A stretch of 57,953 nt of DNA, the filler included, from Basidiobolus meristosporus CBS 931.73 (Eukaryota > Fungi > Basidiobolomycota): NCBI GenBank assembly GCA_002104905.1. It is 3 parts of 3 records of this genome, joined end to end, with 100 filler letters (N's around TTAATTAATTAA, not from the genome) between each part and the next. Parts side by side here need not be neighbours in the genome. Positions count along the whole stretch, not along the records: positions 1 to 28,710 come from MCFE01000878.1; 2 more parts are not named here. One strand, given 5' to 3'. The notes beneath the pieces are model-generated. The model did no database searches, was not told where the DNA came from, and was given only the letters and a program-made list of their open reading frames with translations. Made by a program: the position numbers and the translations under genes. How positions within the stretch are numbered: the stretch's first letter is position 1; the number at the start of each line of letters is the position of its first letter. Below, piece by piece: positions 13,561 to 26,186 of this stretch.

Positions 13561-14434
13561 GGTGTTGGGCTTATGCCAGTGTAGGGTATAGAGACTGGTA
13601 TGGGTCAATACAATTGGCAACTATGAAACAACTGAAGTTTCATCAGAAATAAATCAGTTTGTATGCATGGAGAGTAAGAGAAATGGTTGAGTCAGGAAGT
13701 AAGGAATGTGAATAAGAGGTAATAGCCAATCAATGCCCACAAATATAGAAGGTGATAGGGTGTCTGGGATCAGAAAGAGAGAAAATTGGCAGTAAACCAA
13801 TCAAAAGCCAGTTTTGTATTATTGCAATGAAAAGTTTTGACTAGGTTGTTTGTGAAATCTGGGGTGCAATTACATATTGATGGTCTTTGCATGGTGTTCT
13901 GATGGGATCAATACCTCAAAGTCACATGACTTAGAATTTGTGACAGCCTTTTTTGTGTTCATCAATATAATTTTTTATAAGGTATGTGGAATACCAATGG
14001 TCTAAATGGGACTCTCTAATATATCCAGCTCTGCTAGATTAATGAGTACTTCCAAAATGTTTGTATCTTGGCTCATTATTGAAGCATGGGCCATAGTGAA
14101 ATTACTTGACAAGAAATCAAACAGATTGAACATTATATTTCCAGTCTGGACTATGCTAGTGAGCTGGGTGATGGTTTTTTACTGTGCTGTACTAAGAATG
14201 AGTTATGACTTGGTTCAGGGACCATAGTAACAGATTTCAATACTCATACAGCAATATTGGCATTAACCTGGTCTTATATGGAATAAATATGAAAACTGAT
14301 GTGATTGTTTAGTTTTTAATATATTGTGTATGATGCATCTGGATTGCATTGACACAGAAAAGAATGCAGCAGCTACAGATCTTCTATTAGGTTATTGAAT
14401 TGTGAGTGAATCCCCAATAAAATCACCAAGTCAT

Positions 14435-15169
14435 TAGACTTGTTCTGTTGGATAGTGCCACATTGAGCCATGAGTGCCAAATAGTGCCATAGTGTGCCTG
14501 AGAGTCATAGCAGACCTAAACTTGGCCACAGAGTGCAACATATAGTTCTGCATACTCATGCAAAGCAGCCCCTATGTTTCACCTACGGTGCAGGAGAAAT
14601 CAATTTTTCAACCTTTTTTTTGGGATCAAAATTGTGCATGACATAAAAGAGCACAGACAGACTGAAGATATGCATCTGGTACATAATACCCATGGCACTC
14701 TAAATCTAGCCCCACAGGCTTGTAGCATGTCACAAAAATGCATGGCACTATCTTGGTCCACTGGCACTATCTGGCACTATAAGTGCTTTGTATAGGTTCT
14801 ACTTTAGGGCTAATATTTAAATATAGTGCCAGATAGTGCCAGTGGACCAAGATAGTGCCATGCATTTTTGTGACATGCTACAAGCCTGTGGGGCTAGATT
14901 TAGAGTGCCATGGGTATTGTGTACCAGATGCATATCTTCAGTCTGACTGTGCTCTTTTATGTCATGCACAATTTTGATCCCAAAAAAAAGGTTGAAAAAT
15001 TGATTTTCTCCTGCACCATAGGTGAAACACAGGGGCTGCTTTGCATGAATATGAAGAACTATATGCCACACTCTGTGGCCAAGTTTAGGTCTGCTATGAC
15101 TCTCAGGCACACTATGGCACTATTTGGCACTCATGGCTCAATGTGGCACTATCCAACGGAACAAGTCTA
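14435..15169. repeat. 735-bp near-perfect palindrome: arms 14435-14781 and 14822-15169, 40-bp loop
   Basis: Arms are reverse complements with about 9-10 mismatches by eye; ORFs 14574-14795 (+) and 14817-15110 (-) give almost the same translation. Confidence 0.97.
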
Positions 15170-15399
15170 CTATTTGCGGATGATTTTTTGTAACATGTTT
15201 ATGGAATACATGGCATCTGATGGAGATTTAATCATGATGCATGGAAAATCAGCTAAATGAAACTGATAGATCTAAACTGATATAAGCCAAGCATATTAGA
15301 TCACCTGCAATTACTAATATGACTTACTCATCTGAGTGGTCATTTCTCATCAATCTCATTACTACCACTGGATTTCAGTTTGACACATTAGAGGAGATC

Positions 15400-16100
15400 C
15401 ATACCAGGTACTGTAGACTATCTACCCTATTCTTCCCAAGAAGACCCCTACTTAAGCTTTTATGCTAATACAAGATCTAATGCTGCACAAGCTTTCATCC
15501 CACCAATTATGGCAACAAAAGTCCTGGCAATTTCATTCCCACCTGACTGCAATAGAGAACCACCTTGCAAAGGGTATGAATGACTTAGAACAAGCTTGGA
15601 ATACTGGGCTTAGAAGCTTCAATAGACTTCCATATCCTATAGTACTCAGCAATGGGCTGCATATCAGGAGTAGTTATGATACCTTCCTATTCAGGACGTT
15701 CTAGAGGGTAGAGGCACTTTTATTTTGGCAACTACAAGGTGCAATGAGTGAGGATTCAGGCACAGTCTCACATTTGAGGTAGCATCATTTGGTTTAGTTG
15801 GCATTTACAGGAAGTAGGCATGACCAAGCACTATGGGTGAAAAATCATCCAGAATTCAATAAATTGGCAAAAAGTATGGCAGACTTGGCTAATATAGGAG
15901 AGGATTGGCAGAGATTAGGATGCATTTCAGCTCATAGGAAGCCAAGGTATGATGTGCTTAGTGAGAAGTAGGAGCTCTGCAATGAGATATTTAATTACTT
16001 CAGAGTGAGAGTAGAGCATACATTTGGATATCTTTGGAGATTAAGCATATTGGCAGGTAAATACACACCAAAGTTAGATTTTGCAGTAGCAGCAAAATAG
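15400..16100 (+). pseudogene. Decayed IS5/Harbinger/ISL2EU-like (DDE_Tnp_4) transposase, copy 1
   Basis: RHFYFGNYK, GSRHDQALW and MADLANIG...FNYFRVRVEHTFGYL correspond to the YSGK, GS-x-HD, D-x-GY and R-x-x-VEH-x-FG motifs. Confidence 0.75.
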
Positions 16101-17070
16101 GTAAAATAGTCAAGATGCTTGTTAATGCACAGCATAGTCATACAAGAAGACATCTGCTCAGAGGAATATGTTTGGAATATTTTGAAGAGTAAACAAGCAA
16201 GAGAAGCACTATTCTGAGCAACATGAGCAAGATTGAGTCAAGCTATCAGTAACTGCATCCTACCTCTAGCAAGACAGTAGATACTTTGGTGGCAGATAGT
16301 GCCATAGGATGCAAGATTGATCTGGCACTCTGTGGCAGCATCCAACAAAATAGTTTTAATAATACAAATGCAGAATTTTTGCCTGGAGGGAAGGGACTTA
16401 ATGAGGAGGCTGCTCACTAGCAGTCCTGCATACAATTTGCACACAATAGGCTAGTCATATCCATTGGTGCCTCAACTTTGAGAGCCAAGGAGTTCTTGAA
16501 CAGGTGTTTCATGCAAAAACAATTTGCTGCATGATATAGCAGTGGTACTAAGTAGCTTTCAAGTACAGTATACCCACAGCCTATCAATGCAGCAATTTCA
16601 AGTTTTCAGACAATGGATACATAAGCACTTTAATGAGTTGGTGGGTGTGCTTCAAGATGTAGAATATGAACCATGGGCAGCTGCATCTTAATTGTGCCAG
16701 CATGCATTGATGGCATCTTTGCTAAGCATTGGAATGATAGCTTATAAACGCAAGTAAATGTAGTCTATTACCTGGAGTAGGCCAGCTTTTGTCTACATGT
16801 GATCAAGTTAAACCTTGCCAAGTTTCATACCTGCCATGCAGTTGCACCTAGGCATACTGCAGCATTTGATTATAAAGAAGCTACTGCTGGTGAGCTGATT
16901 GATGCAGACCTATTGAAATTATCTACACTACAGCAGTCTTAAGCTTCAGTATATGGTATTCCAGGCTTGTTCTATAACATTGCCAGGTGCAACACAACAT
17001 ACCTGAGCTAGAGCACTGTGCTCATCAAACAGGATGCAAAATATTGCGTACAGATACACAAGTAGCCTAA

Positions 17071-17549
17071 GCACTGGATAGTATTGTTCTGCTGAGTTCA
17101 GTTGCTTAGATTCAAAGGCAACTGGGTAGTCCTTTACCTTGTGTTCTTGGCTCAACACTCCACCAATTGCATAATCTGAAGCATCTGTGCACAGAGTAAA
17201 CTCTTTTCTGAAGTCAGGTATTCTTAAGCTTGGCAGCTTAGCAAGTTCATTCTTAAGCATCTGGAAGGCAGTTTCACAAGCTATGTCCCACTTGTAGGTA
17301 TTGTCTTTCTTGAGGATATCAGTTAAAGGGGCTGCAAAACTTGCAAGGAACTTGACAAATCTCTGATAATAGGAAACCATTCTAAGGAATGAATTGAGCT
17401 CTGATATTCTATGGGGTGCTTCAGATTCTTGATAACTTCAGCCTTCTTTAGGGTCTTGAGTCACTCCTGTACTAGTCACTATATGTCCCAGATATTCAAC
17501 ATGTTTCCTGAAGAGCTCACACTTGGCTAGCTTGCCATATAGTTTATTC
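17071..17549 (-). pseudogene. Older family A RT/RNase H fragment, cut by the 5' LTR of copy 2
   Basis: ORF 16946-17380 matches family A pol (MVSYY...[10 protein letters not shown]...NSAEQ) with substitutions. Confidence 0.92.
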
Positions 17550-17917
17550 TGTTATGATCTGCCGCTTGAATGTTTAAGTTAGATCAGTTTTTAGTCAAAT
17601 CAATTAGTATATGTTTAGGTTATCAGTATATCAGTATTATCTATGAAATCAGTAGCATTAGTCAGCAAATGAATCAGCAGACCCTTATCAGACAGAAATA
17701 GATATATTAAGTAGGATCTTATTGGGTGATGATGATGCAATCAAATGAGTCATCACCCACAACCTACATTAGGAAATACAATTAGTCAGCAATTGATCTG
17801 GCAAAATGTATATAAGGAGCTGCTGGAACCTCAATAAAAATCAGTTCAAGTTTTAGTGAATACAATACTAGCTAAACTCCCTATTCCTCTACAACTCTTA
17901 TACCAAGACTTGTAACA
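17550..17917 (+). repeat. 5' LTR of family A copy 2 (368 bp)
   Basis: TG...CA termini, near-identical to 3859-4226. Confidence 0.97.
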
Positions 17918-17918
17918 T

Positions 17919-17927
17919 TGGTAGCAG
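17919..17927 (+). promoter_or_regulatory. Primer-binding site, likely 3' end of tRNA-iMet
   Basis: TGGTAGCAG one base after the LTR; complementary to the CUGCUACCA 3' end of AGCAG-type initiator tRNAs (from memory). Confidence 0.7.
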
Positions 17928-17976
17928 CAATAACCAGAAACCTCCCTCCTGAAGAAAAGAAGAAACCACCCTCAAG

Positions 17977-20919
17977 ATGTCGGACAATCAAGAATGGAAG
18001 AATGCCATGCAGCAAATCCTGGCCCAACAGCAACAGCTACTCCAGATCCTCAGCCAACAGCAACAAGGAATGACTACCATGGCTCAGAGCCAACAAAGCC
18101 CTGTCAAGAGCAACTTTAGTGTGAAGGTCAACTGGTACCATGGCAGAGTCAATGAAAACCTGGGAACTTGGCTCTTTCAGATTGAAGAAGCTTTTAAAGC
18201 TAAAGGAATTGCTCCAGAGAGCAAGTTGCATTATGCAGCTTCTTACCTGGCAGATGCAGCTTTACAGTGGTACCACAACAAGATCAGGTCAGCTACTATG
18301 ATGGGATGCTCTACAATCTCTACCTGGGATGAGTTTGTGTCGGAAATTCAGGATGCTTTTGAACCTCCACACCAGCAGACACTACTAAGAAGGAAGTTAA
18401 AGACACTCAGACAGAAAGGAATGGTGCAAGAATACATCTATGAGTACAGATGTCTACTTGGACAAATTGAAAGAATGGAACCCTTGGATCAAGTTGAATA
18501 CTTTATTGATGGGTTGAAAGAAAGAACTCGCAAGGAAGTCAATTACCGAAGACCTCAGACTATTGAAGAAGCCATCAAGATTGCCATTGACTATGACTCA
18601 GCTATGTTTGGAGTTGGGAAGCCTACAGTGACTAATCAGAAAGGCTATAATCATTATGAAAGAAGACAATCAGAAGCAGTACCAATGGAAATAGACGCTA
18701 TGCAGAAGAATCCCTCCTCAGAAGAATGCAAGAAGAGAGGACTTTGCTTCAATTGCCACCAGCAGGGACATATTGCAAAGTACTGCCCTCAGAGAAGAAA
18801 TGGACACCAGCCAACAAGAACCTTCTACCATATTGAGTCCCATGAACACAGTAATGTGGAAGATGAGCTTGAAGAAGACTCGGAACTCACCTTCCATATG
18901 ACAGAAGAGTACTTGTCCCAAATGACTTCAAACTCAGGGAAGTTATTGTACTTGAATGGAGTAATCAATGGAGTACCTGCCAAGATCATGATTGACTCAG
19001 GAGCATCGCATGAATACATGTCAGAGCAATTTGCTTTGAAAGCTGGAATCAACTTGGAACCTACCAAATCAACTTCAGTTTCCACAGCTGATGGGAACTC
19101 CCACATAATCAACCGTATTACCCAGCCAGTAAGAATGAAGATCAATGACTATGAAGAAGACCTACAGGCTTATATATTTGGGAACTGCAAGTTTGACCTT
19201 GTACTTGGAAAAACCTGGCTATTTTGTTGTAATCCATCAATCAACTGGAGAACCCATGCTACTCAGATTCAAAAAGACAACAAGACCTATGAGCTATTAC
19301 CTGCCATGCTGGATTTCAACTTGGTCAATTCCAGTGTGTGTGAGACAAGTGAACTTAGCAAGACCCAGTTCTGTAGAGCACTTAGAAAAGGTACCGAGAT
19401 GTTCCTCATGGCGGTATTACAGGAGGATTCCTCTACCCCAGCACCCCAGCAGGTCCAGACTCTCTTGAAGAAATATTCAGACGTGTTTCCAGATGAGCTT
19501 GTAAGCCTACCACCAGTCAGAGACGTGGATCATGCCATTGACACAGGAGATAGCCCTCCAGTGAGTAAGACACCTTACAGAATGAGTCCATTGGAATTGG
19601 AGGAAATGAAGAGACAAATTGATCAGCTATTGGAGCAAGGATACATCAGGCCCAGCAAGTCACCCTGGGGAGCACCAGTGCTTTTTGTGAAAAAGAAGGA
19701 TGGAACACTTAGGATGTGCATTGACTACAGAGCCCTGAACTCAGTTACCGTCAAGAATAAGTACCCCATACCTCGGATTGATGAGCTTTTAGACCAACTT
19801 AATGGAGCCACTATTTTCAGCAAGATTGACCTCATGTCAGTTTACAACCAGATTAGGGTGAAACCAGAAGATATCCCTAAGACAGCATTCAGGACCAGAT
19901 ATGGACATTACGAGTACTTAGTCATGAGTTTTGGCCTCACTAATGCCCCTGCAACATTCATGACGCTGATGCAGACTGTCTTTCAGGAGTACTTAGACAA
20001 GTTTGTGATAATCTACCTGGATGACATATTGATATACAGCAAGACAGAAAAGGATCACATGGTACACATTGAAAAGGTGTTGAAGAAACTAAGAGAGAAC
20101 AAGCTATATGGCAAGCTAGCCAAGTGTGAATTCTTCATGGAACACGTAGAATATCTGGGACACATAGTGACTATCACAGGAGTAACCTTAGACCCCAAGA
20201 AGGTGGAAGTAATCAAGAATTTGAAGCAGCCCCATAGCATATCAGAACTCAGATCCTTCCTTGGAATGGTTTCCTATTATCGGAGATTTGTCAAGTCATT
20301 TGCAAGTATTGCAGCCCCTTTAACTGATATCCTCAAGAAAGACAATACCTACAAGTGGGACATAGCTTGTGAGACTGCCTTCCAGATGCTAAAGAATGAA
20401 CTTGCTAAGTTGCCAAGCTTAAGAATACCAGACTTCAGAAAAGAGTTCACTCTATGCACAGATGCTTCAGATTACACAATTGGTGGAGTGCTGAGCCAAG
20501 AACACGAGGGAAAGGACTACCCTGTTGCCTTTGAATCCAAGAAATTGAACTCAGCAGAACAAAACTATCCAGTCCATGAGAAGGAGATGCTTGCTATAAT
20601 ACACTGTTTGAAGACATGGAGATGCTATATTGAAGGAGTCAAATGCACTGTGAAGACTGATCATGCCTCCCTCAAGTATATATTTACTCAGAAGGTACTC
20701 TCTAGAAGAATGACAAGATGGAGTGAATACATTCAGCAATTTGACCTGGAGATTGTCTACGGCCCTGGAAAAAACAACACGGTTGCTGATGCCTTATCAA
20801 GATTAGATCAAGTTGCACAACTCAACTTGGTGCATGAATCAGATTGGCCTAGCCTATTACCAAAGTACTTGGAGACCAAGCCATTTCTAGTGAGGTGGAT
20901 GAGGATATCAAGAAGATAA
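17977..20919 (+). CDS. Single-frame Gag-Pol of family A copy 2; frame lost near 20875
   Basis: Gag, CCHC, PR, RT and RH in one frame; CAA where copy 1 has TAA; leaves the consensus after PKYLE. Confidence 0.93.
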   Translation: MSDNQEWKNAMQQILAQQQQLLQILSQQQQGMTTMAQSQQSPVKSNFSVKVNWYHGRVNENLGTWLFQIEEAFKAKGIAPESKLHYAASYLADAALQWYHNKIRSATMMGCSTISTWDEFVSEIQDAFEPPHQQTLLRRKLKTLRQKGMVQEYIYEYRCLLGQIERMEPLDQVEYFIDGLKERTRKEVNYRRPQTIEEAIKIAIDYDSAMFGVGKPTVTNQKGYNHYERRQSEAVPMEIDAMQKNPSSEECKKRGLCFNCHQQGHIAKYCPQRRNGHQPTRTFYHIESHEHSNVEDELEEDSELTFHMTEEYLSQMTSNSGKLLYLNGVINGVPAKIMIDSGASHEYMSEQFALKAGINLEPTKSTSVSTADGNSHIINRITQPVRMKINDYEEDLQAYIFGNCKFDLVLGKTWLFCCNPSINWRTHATQIQKDNKTYELLPAMLDFNLVNSSVCETSELSKTQFCRALRKGTEMFLMAVLQEDSSTPAPQQVQTLLKKYSDVFPDELVSLPPVRDVDHAIDTGDSPPVSKTPYRMSPLELEEMKRQIDQLLEQGYIRPSKSPWGAPVLFVKKKDGTLRMCIDYRALNSVTVKNKYPIPRIDELLDQLNGATIFSKIDLMSVYNQIRVKPEDIPKTAFRTRYGHYEYLVMSFGLTNAPATFMTLMQTVFQEYLDKFVIIYLDDILIYSKTEKDHMVHIEKVLKKLRENKLYGKLAKCEFFMEHVEYLGHIVTITGVTLDPKKVEVIKNLKQPHSISELRSFLGMVSYYRRFVKSFASIAAPLTDILKKDNTYKWDIACETAFQMLKNELAKLPSLRIPDFRKEFTLCTDASDYTIGGVLSQEHEGKDYPVAFESKKLNSAEQNYPVHEKEMLAIIHCLKTWRCYIEGVKCTVKTDHASLKYIFTQKVLSRRMTRWSEYIQQFDLEIVYGPGKNNTVADALSRLDQVAQLNLVHESDWPSLLPKYLETKPFLVRWMRISRR

Positions 20920-22113
20920 TCCGTGGATGAAGCCAGCAAATTTGTAGTACAGGATGAAACACTCTACCAAATTGTTGATGGAAGCCCTATTGCCTAATGC
21001 CCTTATGTTGCTCTGCCTGGATTTAATACATAAGCTACACAATGGATATGGACATCTTGGGATCAGAAGGAACCTATAGTCTTGTGAAAGCCAGAGCATG
21101 GTGGCCCAGAATGAAACAAGACTATTGAGAAGCTAGTGAAAACATGCCCAAACTGCCAAATCCAACCAAGGCAGATCACAAAGAATTGCCGAACTCTTCC
21201 CTTTGGAGCCTGTCAGACCATTTGAGAGATGGGGAATTGACTTTATTGGAAGACTGCCAACTACCAGGAAATGCAACTGTTGGATCCTAGTAGCAATTGA
21301 CCACGCCACTAAATGGCCAGTTGCTAAAGCTGTACCAATAGCCAGTGAACAAGAAGTTGCAAGTTTCATTTACCATGAGATCCTGATGAAGTTTGGATGC
21401 CCTGTGGAGATCTTATCTGATAGAGGTGCAAACTTTATGGCAAAGACATTGGAGGCTTACCTGGAAATGTCAGCAGATCAGACACTTGAAAACCTTGGCA
21501 TATCACCCCAGAACTAATGGAGTCACTGAGCGGTTTAATGGATTATTTGGAAAAATGCTGACCAAGTATGCAAATGGAGTTGTCAGTAGATGGGATGAGT
21601 ATATAGACCAAGCACTCTTTGCATGCAGAGTTAGAGTACACAACACCACCCAGCAATCACTATTTACTTAGTGTATGTATGTTAACCAAGGATTCCAGGA
21701 GATCTCACACAACCAAACTTACAGACACCTTAGAAGATGAACTCAGTCAGCCAAGTAGACACCAGCAACTGGAGCAAAGACGTCAAGAGGCATAGACCAA
21801 AGTATCTCAAAGTGCAGAAAAGATGAAGCAGAGATTTGATAAGACTATAGCTCCAGAAGTATTGGCAGTTGGGAACTTTGTATTGCTAAGAAACAACACT
21901 TGGAAGAAGTTTGAGCCACAATGGACAGGACCATTCAAGATCATCAGAGAATGTCCATTTGCAACTTACCAACTGGTGGACAAACAAGGCAATATCTGGG
22001 AAGACTTAGTACACAGGGTCAGACTCAAGCTTGCAGGACTTGCTGATAATACTGAACCATCAAGATATTGGTATCACAAGAAAAGAGATTCAGGAGAACC
22101 CTCTCAGCTTTAG
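20876..22113 (+). pseudogene. Frameshifted integrase of family A copy 2
   Basis: Fragments 21203-21517, 21393-21671 and 21823-22113 match the copy 1 integrase in different frames. Confidence 0.92.
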
Positions 22114-22123
22114 TAGGAGAGAA

Positions 22124-22490
22124 TATTATGATCTGCTGCTTAAATGTTTAAATTAGATCAGTTTTTAGTCAAATCAATTAGTATATGCTTAGGTTATTAG
22201 CATATCAGTATTACCTATCAAATCAGTAGCATTAGTCAGCAAATGAATCAGCAGATCCTTATCAGACAGAAATAAATATATTAAGTAGGATCTTATTGGG
22301 TGATGATGATGCAATCATATGAGTCATCAGCCACAACCTACATTAGAAATTCAATTAGTCAGTAATTGATCTGGCAAAATGTATATAAGGAGCTGCTGGA
22401 ACCTCAATAAAAGTCAGTTCAATTTTTAGTGAATACAATACTGGCTAAACTCCTTATTCCACTACAACTCTTATACAAAGACTTGTAACA
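22124..22490 (+). repeat. 3' LTR of family A copy 2, diverged
   Basis: Starts TA (TG mutated), ends TGTAACA; about 22 differences from the 5' LTR by eye. Confidence 0.95.
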
Positions 22491-22499
22491 CTGGCACTC

Positions 22500-23650
22500 T
22501 AATTTCTACTGTAATGCCAGTAGTAGGACACAGTTACTGGCAATTTACTCAATTGTACTTATGTGATAAGAATAGTACTTTACTTGTGTTATTTACTTTA
22601 CATTATGCTCCAGACACATTACTCTCTGTAGATGTCTTCCTGTATAAATATACTGTGAATAATAAGTATATCAAATATTTTACATACTGTGCTTTTTTCT
22701 CCTTTATATGACTTTCCTCTGTGTTTACCTGCCAATAAGCTGAAACTCTTTAGATATTCAAATGTATGCTCCACTCCAACTCTGATATGATTAAATATCA
22801 CATTGTAGAGCTTCTGCTTCCTGCTAAGCACACTATTCCTTGGCTTGCTATGATCTACAATACATCCTATTCTCTGACAATCCTCTCCTATATGAGTTAA
22901 GTCTGCCATCTATTTTGCCTCTTGACTGAATTCTAGATGATTCTCTGTTGAAATAATTAGGAGTCCACCTAATTATTAATATGTTACAAACTAGCACTAA
23001 GTGAAATGATATATTTCAGATTATCAACATGGAAATTAGTTTGTAAGATATTAACTAATTATTAGGAATTAGAGAAGTACAGAATTTTAAGAAAATCTGA
23101 AACTTGTCCAAATGAGCTGAAACTTGGCACATGTACTCCTGAGACTCCCCTAATAATGACCAAATAGTCACATTTACGTAGTTCTGCAATAAGTACAAAT
23201 ACTCTGTTGCAACTCAATAAAACATCAAGTGAATAGCATGTAAATCTTCTAATTCTCCAATTCACTTCCAATATATCTCTCTAATATTTCAGCATTCTCT
23301 CCCCAGAGTGCTTTGCCATTCCTACTTCTAGCAAATGGCCCACTAAGGCAGATGATGTGACCCTCAATGTCAGACAAGGCCTAAAACCGCACACAGTGTG
23401 CCTTGTATTTGGCAGAATAAAAGTGCCTCTGCCCTCCAGAAGGTTGGTTAGCCCTGACTGGGAAGGTATCCAAGATGTTTCTGATTTGGAACCTGTAGCT
23501 GAACATTCTGGGAAATGCAGCTGTTGTGTTGTATTATGAATAGTTTGGGGCCTGTTCCGCAATGTGGAGACTAATAAAATATGCAACAACTTTCAGGCTG
23601 CAAATACCAAAATAGTTTATCAGGAGTTTGATATTCCAATAGTAGGTGTA
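22500..23650 (-). pseudogene. Decayed DDE_Tnp_4 transposase, copy 2, with an insertion at about 22920-23290
   Basis: GQRHFYSAKYKAHCVRF...GHIICLSGPFARSRN at about 23310-23440; MADLTHIG...FNHIRVGVEHTFEYLK at 22619-22909. Confidence 0.8.
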
Positions 23651-23839
23651 ACTTTCACCAATATTCTCAATCCTAAGCTCAAGATTTACTGTGGGTGGTG
23701 TTTCTCACTTCTACAGTAGTGTTCTGACCTTCTGCCAACTATTAAGCTTATTTAATTTTATAGTGACTTTTCCTTATTTGAAAGTAACTTCCCTTTCTGA
23801 GATTATACATCCTGATATGGAGATTCTCAACTTCCCTTT

Positions 23840-24050
23840 TACCAAAAGGGTGTCGTGTAGGAGTCTCTGAAGGTGTCTTTACACCTAAAGGGGTGTCTAA
23901 AGGGCAGTTTTTGTAGTAAAGGGGCTTCCTATAGTGGTCTCTAAAGTGGACTTTACACAAAAGAGGGGCCTGAAGGGGCAACTTTACAGTGAAAGTGCAT
24001 TTTAAAGGGGTCTTCAAACTCAAGGGGTATCTAAAGGGGTGTCTTTTGAG
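23840..24050. repeat. Degenerate short tandem repeat region with AAAGGGG/AAGGGTGTC cores
   Basis: Core recurs roughly ten times at irregular spacing. Confidence 0.5.
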
Positions 24051-24540
24051 TGAAGAAGCTTCTTAACTAGGACTTTTCCAACCAAAAAGTTGTAGTTTTC
24101 TTGTAGAACTTGAATTGGATTCTGGTGAGCTTTGCAGTTTCTTTACTGATGTAGCACCAATCAAAGTCAGAATACTCAACAGTGCAAGTGATATAGGGGA
24201 AGTTTATAATCTTTAAGCTTGATATAGTAATGTGGAGATTCTGGAAAGAGATGCTCACTTTACTTTCAGCTGAGGGAGTCATATATATGAATATTTTGAA
24301 GGAACCAAGTTTTTTGGGCAATTGCTCTAGCAATACATGTGATACAAAGCTATAATTTTGCAGTGGCACAGATTGAAAATAGGTGTGGCATCTGTAAAAG
24401 TTGCAAATGATTTTATTGGCTGTTTATATGCAATCAAAGTCACCAAAGTAATTCCAGTGAGAGGCCTATTGTAAATGGTAAATGGACTCTTTTGATCATG
24501 GCTCCTTAAGTACTGCTTCAAATTGGCTTTGACTTAATGC

Positions 24541-24750
24541 ATAGGTCTGCTATGACTCCCAGGCACACTATGGCACTATTTGGCACTCATGGCTCAATGT
24601 GGCACTATCCAATGGAACAAGTCTATTATGTTGAAAAATATATCCTCAAATAATGACTTGGTGATTTTATTGATGATATGCACACAAGTTTATAATCAAA
24701 CAGGAGATCTGAAGTTGATGTGATTTCATTTGGTAAGAGCTCCAAAGTAT
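24541..24750. repeat. Third partial copy of the palindrome arm plus its outer flank
   Basis: 24541-24625 matches 15085-15169; 24650-24680 matches the reverse complement of 14405-14436. Confidence 0.85.
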
Positions 24751-25074
24751 CAGAAACAGGGTAAGTGAATATGTTCAGGAATCCAATGGCGAGGTTCAAG
24801 AGGAGGGGTACAGACTGCAGGCAACCGCATCTAGATTGCACAAGGATGCCTCACTGGATTAGTTACCATCCCTTGCAATGACATTGCACCGTGCACATCA
24901 GTCCAATTTAGGCTGATATCCTTCCTAAGTATGCGCTGCTTTGAGTTGATGTGCATCAAGATCAATGCCCATACTTCAGAGTAAAACTACTAGAACTTGC
25001 CAAATGGCTCATTTGTATGCATGTCCATTGGGGTGGGCCAAGTTGTGTCAACATATAACATCACATTAAATTCA

Positions 25075-26186
25075 GCCAAGGGTCACAAAGTTAATGTCTC
25101 ATGACTAAGAGGTACCAATCCTGTCAGGACACTGTCTAGATACTGTTGAAATTAATTGCACCCCAGATTTCACAAAAAATTGGTCAAAATATTTCATCAC
25201 AACAATGTATGGAGTGGCTATTAATTGGTTCCCTGCCAATTTGCTCACTTTCTGATCCTGTAAACTCTATTTGCCACCTATGTTTGTGTGCATTGATTGG
25301 CTATTGCCTCTTTTTCACACTCCTTACTTCCTGACTCAAATGTTTCTCTTACTTTTCATGAGTACAAATTGATTCATTTCTGTTGAACCTTAGTTGTACC
25401 TCAATTGCCAGTTGTATGGACCTATACAAGTCCCTATGCCCTACACTAACATTAAGCCCAACCCCACACCCAATAAGTAGCTCCATTAAAATCCACTACT
25501 CAATAAGTATTTCTGCTGTAATACTCAGGTTCCACAACTTTGGCAGGAACCCAATGGCTTTATGCCACTCTTCATTCACTGGTTCCCACATGTCCTGGTC
25601 TTCAACTGGCACTGCAAGGTCTAGCATCTCACCTGCCAGTCTTTGCAGTAAATCCTTACAATATTCCAGTGCATTTTCTTGAGCTCTGCTCTTAAAGAAG
25701 TGCTGCAACCTCTTGATGCGCCTATCAATGTTCCAAGACTCCACTGAAGGTATTGCAAGGGTATTTCAAGCTCTTGACATTGTAACCTTATCTGTCAGTG
25801 GGATCTCCACTCTGTCACCAATAGAGGATGTGGAGGCTGTGGTAGACAAATTACCTTTTCAGCAAACTCATTGACCTTCCTGGAGTGTAGCTCAACTGGC
25901 TGTGCTTCCAACTCATATGAAAACAGCTTTTTTCTTATGGTAATTCTTCTTGGCTATGTTGAATTTCAGTCTGTTCCTGGCTTGCAACATTAATTGGCAT
26001 GAGCTGCAGTTTTTTTGCATGCCTCCCTGTCTCAGGCTTGGGTAGACATTTTCCCCTTTACTTTTTCCTTTATCATTACCAGGTCTTACACTGCTTCTTT
26101 GAATGGGTGCTTCTTGAGTAGTGCTACACTTTTCCTTGATAAATGTTGTGCTGGTGCAATTCAAGTGCATTCTGCTTGACCTTGAG
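25075..26186 (-). mobile_element. CACTA-like remnant T3 (ORF2 and distal end), cut by a family A LTR
   Basis: ORFs 25496-25744 and 25913-26170; reverse complement aligns with 12850-13945. Confidence 0.7.

Larger units (their letters stand above)
9355..13945. mobile_element. Most complete En/Spm (CACTA-like) remnant T2 with two divergently oriented ORFs; termini not defined
   Basis: Tnp2-like motifs on minus 9400-11950 and ORF2 on plus from 12072; segments homologous to T1, T3 and T5. Confidence 0.75.
17550..22490 (+). mobile_element. Family A copy 2, full-length structure but probably chimeric (no TSD, LTRs about 6% divergent)
   Basis: LTR-PBS-gag-pol-PPT-LTR; flanks TATTC (17545-17549) and CTGGC (22491-22495) do not match. 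Confidence 0.95.

Noticed and set aside
13920-13945. TTGTG(AC) as the CACTA-type terminus (also near 5780 and 25085)
   Set aside because: Homology ends near here in three copies, but the opposite TIR and a TSD could not be found
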